The translations under genes and the position numbers were made by a program. The notes under the pieces are model-generated. The model was not told the DNA's origin. It saw only the letters and a list, made by a program, of their open reading frames with translations, and ran no database searches. From Camelus ferus (Eukaryota): a stretch of 64,000 nucleotides of DNA. The stretch's first letter is position 1; each line of letters begins with the position of its first letter. This document shows positions 50,558-64,000 of this stretch, one piece after another. Location of the stretch: assembly GCF_009834535.1 (NCBI RefSeq), contig NC_045707.1:46254001-46318000 (forward strand), read 5' to 3'.

Positions 50558-51199
50558 AAAAAGATAAAGATTGAGAAACAATACAACTATTGAATAAGTA
50601 TGGGCAAAGAAGATCCAATATATGCTGAAAAGAAATTCCTGAAGAAGAAAAACAAGAAAACTGAACAAACACTAAACACTATAACTCAAGAAAAATTTTC
50701 TGAAATAAAATAAATTTGAAACTACATATTAAAAGGCACACTATGTGGATTGAGCTGAATGACCAACACTAAGACATATTGTAGTGAAATTTATGAATTT
50801 TAAAGAAAAAAGGAAAAAAAAAACCCATAAAACCTCTTAAGGCATCTAGGCCAAATGAACATGTGGCATATTAGGGAAGGAGGATTATTATTAGAATTTT
50901 TGATTGTAGCACTTTATGATAGGAGAAAATGGAATCATATACTATGATATCCAAGGAAGGAAAATGAGACTTTCAAGTATAAAAGACACAGACTAGCTGT
51001 TATGAATGTGCAGGAACTAAAGGAATATTCTTCCTCTGAGTGCTTCCTCAGGAATCTGTTAGAGAACAAGCTTTAGGCAACCAAAGTGACTAGAGAGACT
51101 TCAATATAAGGAATTATGGTAAGCATCACATACATAGCTATATGAAGACCAAATTAGAGTAGAAAAGAGAAGATGGTATGTGATGATTTTATGTTTTGA

Positions 51200-52860
51200 C
51201 AATGTGAATGTAGTACAGCTAAAAGAAAAATTAGTGAGAATGGAGATAGCGTGTGCAAGATTTTTAAAAATTGTTTTTAGTTACATAATTGGTGGTGGTT
51301 CTTCTGAGTATTATTGTCTTTAAAATTTTTCTGTATATAATGTAGGATAAAGTAAATGAGCAGTTGTGGGATAGCCTGGCATTCCTCATGTCTTTGAGAA
51401 CCACACCAGAATTCTTGGTGTGGACAAAGGAGATTCAGGAGTATAATGAAAGAGGTTATAGAGTAGCCCCATAGTCCTGAATTTGAATTGGAAATATCAC
51501 CATGAACCCATGAAATGTTTTATCTTAAAGAATCTATTTCCTAGTTCTGTTCACTGTAAAAGACCAGAAATATTGACCAAGTCATCCAATAGCATAAGAG
51601 ACTATGGTTATGAAGTGCCATTTTCCACTAAAAGAGAACCAGGACTTGTATAATGACTGACTCCAAACCTGTGGCAAGAATTATCTTGGAACATTTTGTT
51701 ATACCAGAGAGCAAGGAATCTATCAAAAACAGTTAGAGTCATGTCAAAGTGACTCAGAAACCAATGTAAAGAGGCTCCCAGGGGTCAAAGATAAGAACAT
51801 TTAAGCTGCAATAAGGGTAAGAATTGCAGTGGGTCAAAACACATGGAATGTATTTATTTATTTACTTGCCTCCTGATAGCCTTTATTTATTTTTAGAAAT
51901 TAAAGTATATTTGGTTTGTAATGCTGTGTTAATTTCTGGTGTATAGCATAGTGATTCAGTATATATATATGTATGTATGTGTATATATATGTATATACAC
52001 ATATATATAATATATTTAAATTCATGGATAATAAACTAATCGGTCACCTTTAGAGGATAATGGGGAATTAATTCATTCTTTTGAAAACTGGATAAATAAA
52101 GGAAAAGAATAAAGCACTATCCTGCCTTTCCTATATAGGCTCTACCACTGGGTGACCATTAGTAGATGAGAGGTTGTGTTCTTTTAAAAATTTATTTAAT
52201 AAATAAGATGAAATGATGGACATATTATTATTATTTTGCAATTTAAATGAATTAATGGATCTAGACAATGAGCATTAATGGCTGCTAACAACAACAACAA
52301 CAAAAAGCAGTGAAAACCAGATATTACCTGTAGACTCGCCATAAAGTAGATGCAGGTTAAACCTGATTCTATTCAAGCCTCTACATCCAGCTGCCTATTT
52401 GCAGGAAATACAGAGGACAAAGGAATGTGTTGAGTTGTACCATGAATATGCAACCAGTAAAACTCAGACTGTGGGAAATTCTATAGATCAGTAAGCCCAG
52501 GTTCTTAAACAGATAAAGTGTAGGAAAAGAAAGGTATAGAGAAGGAAAATGTAGATTAAAAGGGATTTAAATGACATGTCAATTTTTTAAAAATACTAAA
52601 TCATAGGGTCTATGGATGTGTACATAAATGATTAAGCCATAAACAAATGCAAGGAAGTGATTACTGTAAGAATCAGAATGGTGATTATTTGTGGGGAAAG
52701 GGAGGGCTATATTTGGGACGGGTCATACAGGAAGAGTTCTGATAAACTTCTATTTGTTAACCTGGGTGGTGGTTACAAGAGTGTTTATCTTATAATAATT
52801 CTTTAAGATATATATTTGTTTTGCATTTTAAAAATTTGTATTTTATTTTATAATAAAAAA
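51200..52860 (+). mobile_element. Old L1M (L1MC/L1ME-type) 3' region
   Basis: Typical 3' UTR text ending in aacctgggtggtggttacaagagtgtttatcttataataattctttaa...ttttatttttaataaaaaa-like sequence. Confidence 0.6.
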
Positions 52861-53189
52861 TGAAAACAAAAATAAACAAAAATGACCACACATAGAGCAG
52901 ATGCCTGAGCCCAACCATAGGCATCTATTGATGGGCACTTAGGTTGCTTCTGTATCTTGGCTACTATAAATAATGCTGCAATGAACGTAAGGGTACATAT
53001 ATCATTTCCAATTAATGTTTTTGCTTTCTTTGGATAAATACCCAGGAGTGGAAATGCTGGATCATACGGTAGTTCTATTGTTAATTTTTTGAGGGCTCGC
53101 CATACTGTTTTCCATAGTGGCTGCACCAATTTATAATCCCATCAACAGTGCGTGAGAGCTCCCTTTTCTCCACATCCTCACCAAGACGT

Positions 53190-54560
53190 GCCCTGAGGGA
53201 GGACAGGGCTTGGCATGTTTGAGTGGGAGGGTCTATGGCTTATTTGAGGAGTCGCAAGGAGGTCAGTGCAGCCAGAGCAGAGGGATGGGGTAGAGAGTGG
53301 TAGCAGAGGAGGTTAGAGAGTTAGCAGGGGCCCAGAGATGTAGGACCCTATAGGCCTTGGTAAGGACTTTGGATTTGACCTTCAGTGGGATGGGAAGCTA
53401 TTGGAAGGTTAAAAAATTTGGAGGTGGGGAGATAAAATTTATCATTTTAACCATCTTAAGTGTACAGTTCAGTGGCATTAAGTATATTCACAGTGTTGTA
53501 CAACCATTATCACTATTCCTCTCCAGAATATTTTCATCCTAAACTGAAACTTTGTACCCATTAAATAACTCCCCATTTCTCTCTTCTTCTGGCCCCTGGT
53601 AAATCCAGTCTACTCTCTGTCTCTATGAATTTGACTATTTCAGGTACTTCATGTAAGTGAATTCGTACAGTATTTATCCTTTCTTGTCTAGCTTATTTCA
53701 CTTAGCATAATGTCCTTAAGTTTCATCTGTGTTGTAGCATGGATCAGAATCTCACTGGAGGCTTTTAAGCTGAGGAGTGATATGACTTTCCTTGCATTTC
53801 AGCAAGATCGCTAGGGATGCTTTGTGAGATGGGAGAGTAGGCAACAAAGGTAGAAATGCAGAGGCCAATCACAAGGCCAGTGCAAGTCCGGATGAGAAAT
53901 GATGGTGGCCTGGCCTAGGGCGGCAGTGGTGGAAATGATGAGTCATTTCAGAATCAAGATGTATTCTGAAGGCAGGCAGAGCTGACCAAATTTGCTGATG
54001 GATTGGATGTCAGGTATGAGAAAGAGTACAGGCAAGGATGATGGAAGGAGCTGTGTCTGACAATTTATAGAGTGAAGTTGTCATTTACAGAAATGGCCAA
54101 GAATGCAGGTGAAGTAGGATTTGGCACTGTGTGGGTGTGTTAAAGTTTAATTCTGAACATGTCAGATTTTGGAATGATTATTAGAACTCTAAGTGGAAAC
54201 AGAGGATAGGCAGTAGATTCACAAGTCTAGAGTTTAAGAGAGAGGAGAGAAGTTAGGGCTTGAGATAGAAAATTTGATGTCATCAGCTTATAAGAACCTT
54301 GGATTTAAAGCCCTGGATCTGGATGAGGTCCCCTGCAATCTAAGCACAAATCTAGACAAGAAGAGGTCTAAGGAAGGCCTGGGGCACTGATGCTCAGAGG
54401 CCAGGAGATGGAGATGACCCAGCCAATGAGATTGGGAGGGAAGGGCCAGTCCATTAGGAGCATAACCCTGAAAAAGAGGGTAACTGAAGAGGATATTTCA
54501 GGAGGAGTCATCAAGTAAGGGAAGATTGGAAACGACTATGAGAATGACAATGGGAAGGTC
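53190..54560 (-). mobile_element. L2 fragment interrupted by an L1MB 3' end (~53420-53752)
   Basis: ggccttggtaaggactttggattt...gggaagctattggaaggtt [L1: aaatttatcattttaaccatcttaagtgtacagttcagtggcattaagtatattcaca...] cactggaggcttttaagctgaggagtgatatgac. Confidence 0.75.
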
Positions 54561-57194
54561 TCCTGGGAGCTTCTCAAGGCTGGCTCCTCATCACTATTCC
54601 ACAGAAATTGGGAAGCCAGTTCTGAGAGCCTTCCTTCACTCTTCTAAAGGGAGGGAGTCAGAGAGAGTGAGAAAGTGCCCTAAATCCAATGAGTGCTCCT
54701 TCCAAGTAGCTGCATCGTCTACCCTCTGAGTCATCTGAGACCTGCTGCTAAAGTCCCTGCCTTGATTCCTTCAACTAAGTCTCTTAGCTTTTCCTTGGGC
54801 TTCCCATCGCCCTTTGGATCACAGCTTGTCCACTGTTTTCAGAGCTGGTCCTGTGGTCCCCATCCTGTGTTTGGGGTCTATCTCTGCCTTGTCAAGTTTG
54901 ACTTTATACAAGAACTTTCCATTTATCAGGCTCCCAGCTTTGTTTTCTTGACCAGACTATTCGCAGCATCCATTAAGTTTTTCCCCTCGTGCCTGGTCAC
55001 CACAGCTCTTCTCATGTAAATTGCAGCTCTGCATTCAGCTCCATTTCCTGCTACCTGGTGCCAAACTGGGAAATGTCTATTAATCATTGTGAAAATTTTT
55101 GAGTGTTGACTATGCAAAGCCTTGTCATAAATGCTAGAGTATACCAATAATTTGACACAGTCTTTGTCTTCAGCTTCCCTCTGAGGTAATTTGGGAGAGA
55201 AAAGAAAACTAATATGTAAAGTGAGAGGTAATAAACCTAGACAATAAATCATGTTTTCCAAAAAATTGCCATCAATTCATATTGATATTAAATGGGAGTC
55301 AGAGAAGACAGTATTTAAGCTGGGACTTTGAGAGATAAGAGGATTTGAATAATAGAAAGGAAAGGGGTGGGCAGCCCAGGAGGAGGGAAGATAAGTGAAG
55401 CCTTGATGACAGGAAGGTGAAAGGAAAGGTAAATTTGATGCAGATTGTGGAGTATGAATGTGAAGCATTAGGTGCAAGGAATTTAATGGTGGCTGCTCAG
55501 GAGTTTTGAATAACATGAAAGCAGTTCAGAGAAGAACAGCTTGGAAGCTTTGGTCAGTATGAAGAATTAGGAGTCAGTGGAGCCAGTGAAAATGCTAGTG
55601 CAGTAGTGCAGCTCTGACAAGGTAAGAGCTTGGGCTTCCAACTGGTGTAGGAAAGAACGCTTCTTTCCTGAGACTTCCACCAGCTGATTTCTCACTGGCC
55701 CAGGTTTAATCATAAGCCCACCTCTGGGCATATCTCCATGGCAATGGATATGTGGTGATCTGATTGGCTAGGTTCTGGATCTGGGGGTGGGGCCAACTCC
55801 ATCCAGCTACTGATGGGTGTGAGGGTGGCTCCCTCAGAAGAATTCAGACACTCCCTCCTCCCACCTGTCTTGGACATACCTCTACTGTGGCACATCTGAC
55901 ACTGGATTGTGGTTATTGTGTATGTGCATCAGAGACTGTTACCTATCTGTGTAGCTGCAGCTTCTGGCAATCAGTAGGCGTGGACTTAATGACTTAATAG
56001 AAATGGGGTATGCTAGGAAAATCAGTTTTGGAAAAAAGAGAGTGAATTTGACTTTAGGAGTGCTGTGTCAGGGATGATGGGACCACCAAACAGAAATGTC
56101 TGGTGGAGACAATTGAAGAGATTGTGTTAGGAGGAGTCCACTAGACAAGTTTCTCTGGAGTAGAGATCTTGTCTGTATGGTTCTAGCTTCTAGAACATGG
56201 CACAAGGCAAATGTTTGATAAATATTTGTTGAATTACTGATATAAGTGAGAGAAGTAAGAGGTGAAGTCACGTGTGTTTGAGATTTCTAAGAATGGGCAC
56301 AGGGCCAAACCTGACCCCAGGGGACAGGCCCTGCATTTAAGAGAAAGGATGAAGACAGGACATCACACACAAGCAGACATATGTCCAGCAAACAAGAAGG
56401 GAGGCCCTTTCTCTCCATGTGCCTTTTATTTCTTAGGAAAGAAATCTTTCTTAGATTCCGTTGCCTGGAATTAGGTCGCGTGCCCATGCTGGGCTGCCAG
56501 ACAGGCTGAGGAAGCAAATATATGGCCTTTTCAGACTCCGTGGACCTATAATTCAATTTTGATGACATGGAAGGAAAGAGGAGGAGCAGGGATGGCTAAG
56601 GGATTTTATCTGCCTCACAGAGAAGTGAAATTGTAAATGAGGAGGAGGAGGAGACATTAATAGAGGTTTTAAAAATCTAGACTTACTTTGGGGATGTTCT
56701 TTCAGGTTCAAAGGTTTCTTCCAGATTCGTTCTTCTGGTACATTACACAATGTGCCAGGGGCCCAGGGAGCCTGCCCTCCTCTCCTGTCCCCTCCTGCTT
56801 ACCCGTTCTCATCAGTAGCATCGAGGTCTCAGTTTGAACACTTAAAGCAACACTGGGATGTTTGTTCTCCTCCAGGTCAGGGAGAAAGCTGAATTTCAAT
56901 AACTCCAGCTCGGAGCAGTGGTGCACAGGAAAGTTGACTTTGAGATATGCCGATGGGTCAGGCCTATTTGCAGTCTTAAAAAGGACCGAATCACAGCCCC
57001 GACATAAAGCTGCAGGGAGCAGGCTTCCCCTCCTGAAAAACAGCATCGAGTGAAATGTTACCACAAAAGAATTCATTTTCCTCTCCCTTATCCCAGCCTA
57101 CAGTTGAGCCTAGTCCCCTGTTCCTAGGGACACAGAACAGCAGGGCAGAAAAAGACCTTCATCAGAGGAAGCAAGAGACGGCAGGGCAAGGGAG

Positions 57195-57590
57195 GTCTTC
57201 ACTCCCTTGTATGTGGAATCTTGTAAAACCCCAAGTCAGAGCCACAGAGGGTAGAGTGGTGGTTACCTGGGGCTGGGGGTGCCGGGGAAAAGGGTACAAG
57301 CTTCCAGTTAGAAGATTAATGAGTTCTGCTGATCTAACACGAAGCATGGTGATTCTAGCTAATAATACTGTATTACGTACTTGAAAGTTGCTAAGAAAGT
57401 AGATCTTAAGTGTTCTCACCACAAAAAGAAACGATAATTATGTGATGGGATGAAGGTGTTAGCTCAAGCTATGGTGGTAATAATCATTGTGCAAGATATA
57501 TAATTATATGAAACCAACAGTTGTATCATATTAATTGTATCAAATGTGTAAGTTGTACACATTACACTTATGCAGTGTTATATGTCAAGG
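57195..57590 (+). mobile_element. L1MA9-like 3' end
   Basis: tgtggaatcttgtaaaacc...aataatactgtattacgtacttgaaagttgctaagaaagtagatcttaagtgttctcaccac. Confidence 0.82.
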
Positions 57591-58294
57591 ATAGCTCACT
57601 GAAGTGGGGAGGGGGTGGGAAGGATGGCCTTCACAACATCAGGACCAGAGGGGGAGTGTTTGCCACAAGCAGCAGATTTATTATAATAGCATTTTTGAAG
57701 CCCTGACTGTGCCAGGCTCCGTTCTAAGTTTTACTTGTGTTACTTAACTTGGCAGGTAGTCTTATTTTTCTTACGTTACAGACAAAGAAGCCCAAACATG
57801 GAGAGGTTAAGAAGTCACTTGCTCCAAGTCCTTGAGGGACTGAGGGGGAAACCAGGGGATGAAGGAGGGCTGTCACTCCTGAGCCTTTCTGATGTACTGC
57901 TTCCAGCTTGGTGATGCCAGCTTCCCTGTCACTTGCCAGAGACTCTCTGGTCACTGGGGGCAGCTGTATTTCCGTGGAGAAATGAGCATCACCTCCTGCT
58001 TTGCCCTCTAAACTTACGGCTGTGGGAGGGCAGCCAGGAAGTGAGCGCCTCCTTCCACACCAGACACAGCGCTAGGGCTTCCCTACAGAGCTCACCCCAG
58101 CACACACTTACATGTGGAGGGGCTGGAACAGGGGGGTCAGGACGGGGGTGCTGGAGCCAGGCTGCTCAGGTCCCAGCTCCGGCTCCACCACTTACTAACC
58201 CCACCGTTCTCCAGGTCCCTGTCTGTGAATGAGGTTGGTCATAAAGTTACCTGCCTCACAGTGTTGTTGTGAGGCTTGATTTACAGACGTTGTA

Positions 58295-58560
58295 CATGGA
58301 TATACATACATTAAAATGTATATATTATGTGTTTATTATTATATATACTTGTATGTATTAACTATATTAATAAAATATGTATCTATATAATACATGTTAA
58401 ATATATATTTATATGTTATATAAATATATTATATATACACATATCATATATAACATACATATATACGAAATTTTATATATTATATATTATTTTGTACACA
58501 TACTTTATATATGTTAAATATTATACATAATGTTATGTATATATTTATATACATTATAAA
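58295..58560. repeat. AT-rich low-complexity (TA/TATAA) expansion inside a MIR
   Basis: About 260 bp of nearly pure A/T; MIR sequence flanks it (ctgcctcacagtgttgttgtgagg ... cctagcacacagtaagtg). Confidence 0.85.
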
Positions 58561-60435
58561 CAAGACCTAGCACACAGTAAGTGTTACGTATATTGTTAGC
58601 TTCTGTTATTAGTGGGTCATTCCTCTTTACTCTGAAGGGCAGGCATTGTGGAGGAAGTCCGCGGAAGACCCGAAGACTCTTCTTTTCTAAGGCCCTGAAC
58701 TATTTATTAAGACGAGGCAGTGGGACTGTCATGTGATGACTGATTGGGCCGAGGGATTCTTAGGTTCCAGTTTGTGTCGCTGTGGGACTGTGTCTCTGTA
58801 CTCATGGCAAAAGTGCAGAGATGAGATCCTCTCTGATACTTTCTCCTATAAATTCAAGTTTGGAACTTAGTCCTTCAAGGCGGTAACTGCCCAGATACTG
58901 TTTACATTCCAGGAACAGCTTAAATATGAACATTTCCATAAGCACTTCCTGATTCTCACTTGGAAATAGATTCTTCATATTCTGTGCTTTGTCCTTATGT
59001 TTCCTGTGGCATCTATTATTACCATTTTAAAGTAAGCATTGAACATTTTTATATATCTTTTAGTCAGATGTATTGAGATACACTTTACGTACAGTAAAAC
59101 AGCCTAATTTTTTGTGAACAGTGCTGACTTTTGAAAAACACATTTAGTTGTGTAACCACCAGCGTTATAATGAAGTTGTATAGCCTGTCTAACCCCAAAT
59201 CATTCCCTTGTGCCCCTTTGGAGTCAACCCCTCCCACAAAACCTAGGCAACCTGGTCTGTTTTCTGTCCCTGAAGTTTTGCCTTTCCTAGAACGTTATAT
59301 ATTTTGAATCATACCATGTGTTGCCTTTTGAGTCTGACTTCTTTCACTTGTGTGGGATTCATCCAGGTCAGTGTATGGATTAACAGTTACTCCTTTTCAG
59401 TGCTGAGCAGAGTAACAGTATCCAGTTATGTGGATGTGTCATAGTTCATTTATCCATTCACCTGTTGAAGGACAGGGCTCTTCGTTTTTTAAGACAGTAA
59501 GTAAAGCTGCTTGTTTATATACAAGTTTTTGTGTGAATATAAGTTTTCCTTTCTCTTAGGTGATTCTTTGGACTGAGATTGCTGGGTCACATGGTAAGTG
59601 TATGTTTAATTTTGTGAGAAACTGTCAGACTCTTTTCCAAAGTGAGAATTCCAGCAGAGAATTCCAGTTACTTTGCATCCTTGCCAGCACTCAGTATAGT
59701 CGGTGTCCTTCCTCCCTTCCCTCCTTTCTACTTCTCTGTCTCCCTTTCTACCTTTCTTTTTTTCTTTCACTGGCATTGTAATAGGTGTGTAGGGGAGTAA
59801 ACTTTTTTTGTTGAGGTGTCATGTCATATGCATACAGAAAAGTGCACAAATCCTGTGTCAGGCTTGATTCACTTTGACAAAGTGAATGTACCCTTGTGAC
59901 CGCCATCCAGATCAGATACCAGCGCATTACCAGTACCCCAGGAACACCCCTGTGCCCTCTCCCTGGGTTGTGGGCCGAATGCTGCCCCCCTCCATTCATA
60001 TGTTGAAATTCTAACCTCCAATGTGATGGTATTAGGAGGTGGGGCCTTGGGGAGGTGATTAGGTCGTGAGAATGGAGCCTTCATGAATGGGATTAGTGCC
60101 CTTATAAGAAGAGACACTAGAGAACTTGCTTTCTCTCTCTCTGCTGCATTCCAAAGGCAACCTTATTCTGACTTCTATCACCACAGATTAGTTTTTGGAC
60201 CTTCTGTAAGTAAAATCACACACTATGTACTCCTTTGTGTGGCTTCCTTCGCTGGATGTTATGTTTGAGAGGTTCAGGCTTATTGTTGCGTGTAGTTACA
60301 GTTTGTTTATTTTCTTGCTGTGGAGCACTTCATTATATAAACATACCACAATTTATTTAACTAGTCTACTGTTGTTGGTCACCTGGGTGGTTTCCAGTTT
60401 TTGTCTTTTATGAATGATGCTTCTGTGAACATTCT

Positions 60436-61031
60436 TGTTGCCGTTTGGGAGGTATCCAAGTTACCATCAGGTTCTATAATTCACTGGAAGGACTCATAGA
60501 ACTTGGAAAGAAAACTGTTATACTCAGTAATGGCTTATTGCAGTGAAAGAATACAGCCTGAAATCACCGATGGGAAAAGGTTCACAGGGCAGAGTCCAGG
60601 AGAGCTCACGGTGTGAGCTTCTGTTGTCCTCTCCCAGGGACAGACAGCACTTCCTTCTCCCAGCAGTGATGTGTGGCAGGGTGTGTGGATTACTGCCAAG
60701 CAGGGAAGCTCAGCCAACCTTGGTGTCCAGGGGTTTTATTGGGGATAGGTCATGTAGATGTGGTAACTGCCCACCTGAGTGTCCTTAGTCTCCAGCTCCT
60801 CCAGAGATCAAGCTGATATGGGGGCGGGGGGGGGGGGGGGAGGCCCTGAGGCCCTGAGGCCCTGACCATAAACTGCATTGTTAGCATAGATGATCTGGTA
60901 TGTCCCAAAGCCCCCAGGTAAACAAAGAAACTCTTATTAGAGAAGACATTCCGTAGGGCTTTGTGGTTACTGCCTAGAAGCTACTCAAAGACCTAGCCTT
61001 TCTTTGGGCAAGGTTAATCCATTATTGCACA
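60436..61031 (-). mobile_element. MER21/MER77-like LTR inserted in an old L1
   Basis: TG...CA ends. aattcactggaaggactcatagaact...gcagtgaaagaatacag...ccaagcagggaagctca...ggtaaacaaagaaactcttattag...ggttaatccattattgcaca. L1 sequence continues on both sides. Confidence 0.78.
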
Positions 61032-61809
61032 CTTCCTTGCATGTCTCTTTTGGTGACTACATGTAGCATTTCTGTTGGACACATACTAAGGAATAGAGTT
61101 GCTGGGTCATAACTTATGTGTATATGTTCAGCTTTAGTGGTTATTATCAAGTTTTCCAAAGTGGCTATATCAATTTATGTTCTCAACAGTAGTATGAGCG
61201 CTCCATTTACGTCATGTCTTCTCCAACACTTGCTGTTGCCAGATGTTTCATTTTACTTATTTTAGCCATTCTGGGGGGGTGGGTAGTAAAATCTCACTGT
61301 GCTTTCAATCTGCATGTCCCTGCTGAATAATGGTGATGAGCATGTGTTTATGTGCTTATGAGTCATTTTGATATGCTTGCACTTACTATTATTAACTTCC
61401 TGTGTTGTTACCCAATTCAGTTTATTTCGGTTAAACAGCGCAGTCCCTATCATGTGCCAGACCTTGTGCTGCGACAGTAAGGAATGTAACAATGAACAAA
61501 ATGTGGCTCATGCTCTCCCCACACGTGCATGCACACACAGAAGAGGCTCCTTATTTATTGATGTGGAAAGATCCCCCAGTATATTCTAAGTTTAAAAAAT
61601 TGCAGAAAAAAATATGTGTAGTATGCTACCATTTGTGTGGAATGTTTGCGGGAGAAATAAATACATGCATACACACACACACATAGTCTTGAATTATGCA
61701 TTTAAACATTTTCAGGAGGATAAACAGAAACTATAATAACTACTTGTAAAGGAAGAACACTAAGTGAATGGGGAATGGTGAGGGGAGGGAACAGAGACTT
61801 TTTGCTGTA

Positions 61810-62133
61810 CAGTTAGCCCTCCGTATTATCTCAGGGTTCAACCAATCATGAATAGAAAATATTTAGAATAAAAATTCAGAAAGTTCTCAAAAGCAAAAGT
61901 TGGATTTACCACACACTGGCAACTATGTACATAGCATTTACATTGTATTTAGGTATTAGAAGTAATCTAGAGATGATGTAAAGTACACAGGAGTCTGTGC
62001 ATAGATTATATGCAGCTACTGTGTCCTTTTATATGAGGGACCTGAGCATCCTCAGATTTTGGTAGCTGTGAGGTGGAGGATGTGGGGGGTGGTGTCCTAG
62101 AACCATTCCCTCGTCGATAGTGAGGGACAACTA
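61810..62133. mobile_element. Tigger3a-like TcMar non-autonomous DNA transposon
   Basis: TA-flanked imperfect TIRs cagttagccctccgtat ... atagtgagggacaacta, with internal ggcaactatgtacatagcatttacattgtatt...agtaatctagagatgatgtaaagta. Confidence 0.85.
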
Positions 62134-64000
62134 TACCAGTTTATACTCTGATGTGTAAGCAGTGTAAATCTTTTTACCTAAACCTAAATCTTTTTAGCTT
62201 TTGAAATCATTGTATAGAAATATATAAGAAAAAAAAAACAAATATTGCTTCTGTCTCTGTTTTGTTTGTAGTCCAGTCGGGAGGGGTGTGGCGGAGTTAT
62301 GGACACTAGTCTAGGGTTGGGAAGGATGGCGTTGATGGAGGCCCCAGCCTAGGCGTGAAGGTGGGGTGGAGTGTCCTGGGCTCCGAACTCTGAGCACTTC
62401 CAGGTCAGGGAGTGAAGGAGCAGGGTGGGAGGGGGCGGCTGCAGCAGTTAACGGGGGCAGATCTGACACCTCTGTAGACTTCGGATACCTAAGGCTTGGG
62501 GACCCACTTTAGGGTGTTTAAGCAGAAGAGCGATGAGAACAGATTTGCGTTTTGGAAAGATCACTTTGGCTGTAGAGAGGATGGACCGTAGGACCACAGG
62601 CTGCAGGAGGCCACAGAGGGTCTCCCATCCCAGGTGAGAACTTGGGCTTTGGAGTCAAACCCACTTAACCTGCTTCTGTAAATGGAAGAAAAGAGCACTT
62701 CCCTTGTAGAATTATTGGGAAAGTAGAGCGAGAAAATGCTCATAGGGTCATTATCACAGTGCTCAATACAAACGTTAGACATGGTCACAGTAGTCTGCTG
62801 AGTCTGACCACTTCTCACCGCCGCTGCCTCTGCATTTCTGGCCCCAGCCACCATCAGCTTTTACCTGGAGCATCAGAGTCGCCTCCTAACAGGTGTGCTG
62901 GCTGCCATGCCTGCCCCCTCAGTCTGCTCTTCACAGCAGCCAGATTGTTTCAAAATGGGACTGAGTCACAGACCAAGCCTAATTTTCCTAGTATGTGAAG
63001 GACTACAAAAAGATTGACAATCCAGTAGAAAAATGGGCAATTCATAGAAAAAAAAATACTAATGGCTGGGAAATACATGAATAATTAATTGCTCGGCTTC
63101 ATTCATAAGAAACATGCAAATGAAAACCATTTTTCACCTATCAGATTGGCAAAGACCAATGAGTTTGATAATACCCTGTTTGATAATGGCAAGTAACATA
63201 TTGCCAGTGGCATGGTTACAACCTTAATGGAAGGCAATCTAGCAACACTTGTCAAAATACCAAAGCACAAACCTTTTGACATAGCCATTTAATTATATGA
63301 ATTTACCTTAGAGCTATATTGTCACTTAGGCAGAACATCTATAAAAATTTATTAATTTCAACATTGTTTTCAATAGCAAGATATGACTGACCCCCAGCCA
63401 CCTCTTTTACCTGATTTCTTATTACTCTTTTCCTTCGAACACTAAACTCAACTACTCTGACAGATCTACTATTTCTAACATGCCAAGCATTGCTCCCGCT
63501 TCAAAGCTATTCACATGCTTTTTCCTCTGCCTGGAGTACTGTTCTCTCTACCTGAAATGTTGTTCCCTCAGAGAGCTAAATGGTTCGGTCCTTCTCTTCA
63601 TTAATTCTGTTCAAATGTCATCTCTTCAAAAAGGCCTTCTCTGACTACCCCATTTAAGTAGCAGCTGCTCATCACTGCTCCATTATAAGGCTCTGTTAGC
63701 TTTTGCTGTGTAGCAAACCATACCCAAACCTAGTGTCTTAGAACACTGACATTTATTAATTTTTGACATTCTGTGAGTTGGTTGGGCAGTTCTTCTGGCT
63801 AGGCTGGTTTGGCTGTGGCCAGGTGGTCTAGATGGCCACATTCACATGTGTAGGATCTTAGTTGGTACAGTTTAAATGGCTGGGACAGTTGGGTCTTGTT
63901 CACATGGTGGCTGAAGAATTTTCAGAAGCAAGAGAAAGCAAGTCCATTCCACAAGTACTTTTCAATATCCTGTTTGACCACATTTGGTAATGTCATGTTG

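Larger units (their letters stand above)
47890..51150 (+). mobile_element. Ancient L1M/HAL1-type 5' region and ORF1 remnant, interrupted by the two young L1 insertions
   Basis: A-rich degenerate ORF1-like text (agaagatccaatatatg...attcctgaagaagaaaa...caagaaaaattttctgaaat...ccaacactaagacatattgtagtgaaatt). Confidence 0.6.

Noticed and set aside
24000..64000. Numerous 60-180 aa ORFs in the intergenic region
   Set aside because: Most overlap L1/L2/MaLR/LTR repeats or GC-rich low-complexity DNA, lack consistent splice structure and resemble no known protein.
1..64000. tRNA, rRNA, snRNA, NUMT, CRISPR array or prokaryotic-style system
   Set aside because: None recognised; the window is ordinary mammalian gene-end plus intergenic DNA.

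Overview
Mammalian genomic DNA. The young L1 3' ends look camelid-like, and I saw no Alu, B1, BovB/Bov-tA, PRE or Can-SINE elements; the species call is an inference. Bases 1-20.5 kb are the 3' part of TMCC3 on the + strand: the end of a long intron, three coding exons (7998-8914, 10986-11121, 16048-16350; 451 codons plus stop) and a ~4.2 kb 3' UTR ending near AATAAA at 20511. The remaining ~43 kb is repeat-rich intergenic DNA (L1, L2, MIR, MaLR/ERV LTRs, Zaphod and Tigger3a transposons) with a few unique, enhancer-like islands. Points the ORF track misses: a near-full-length PAGE/GAGE-family processed pseudogene inside a MIR 2.3 kb downstream of TMCC3; a MER41-like solo LTR pointing antisense into the TMCC3 3' end; a young twin-primed (5'-inverted) L1; several micro-insertions with preserved target-site duplications; and splice-site features that could give transmembrane-less TMCC3 isoforms. 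I found no evidence for a wholly new multi-gene system. Repeat boundaries are approximate and family names were recognised by eye.
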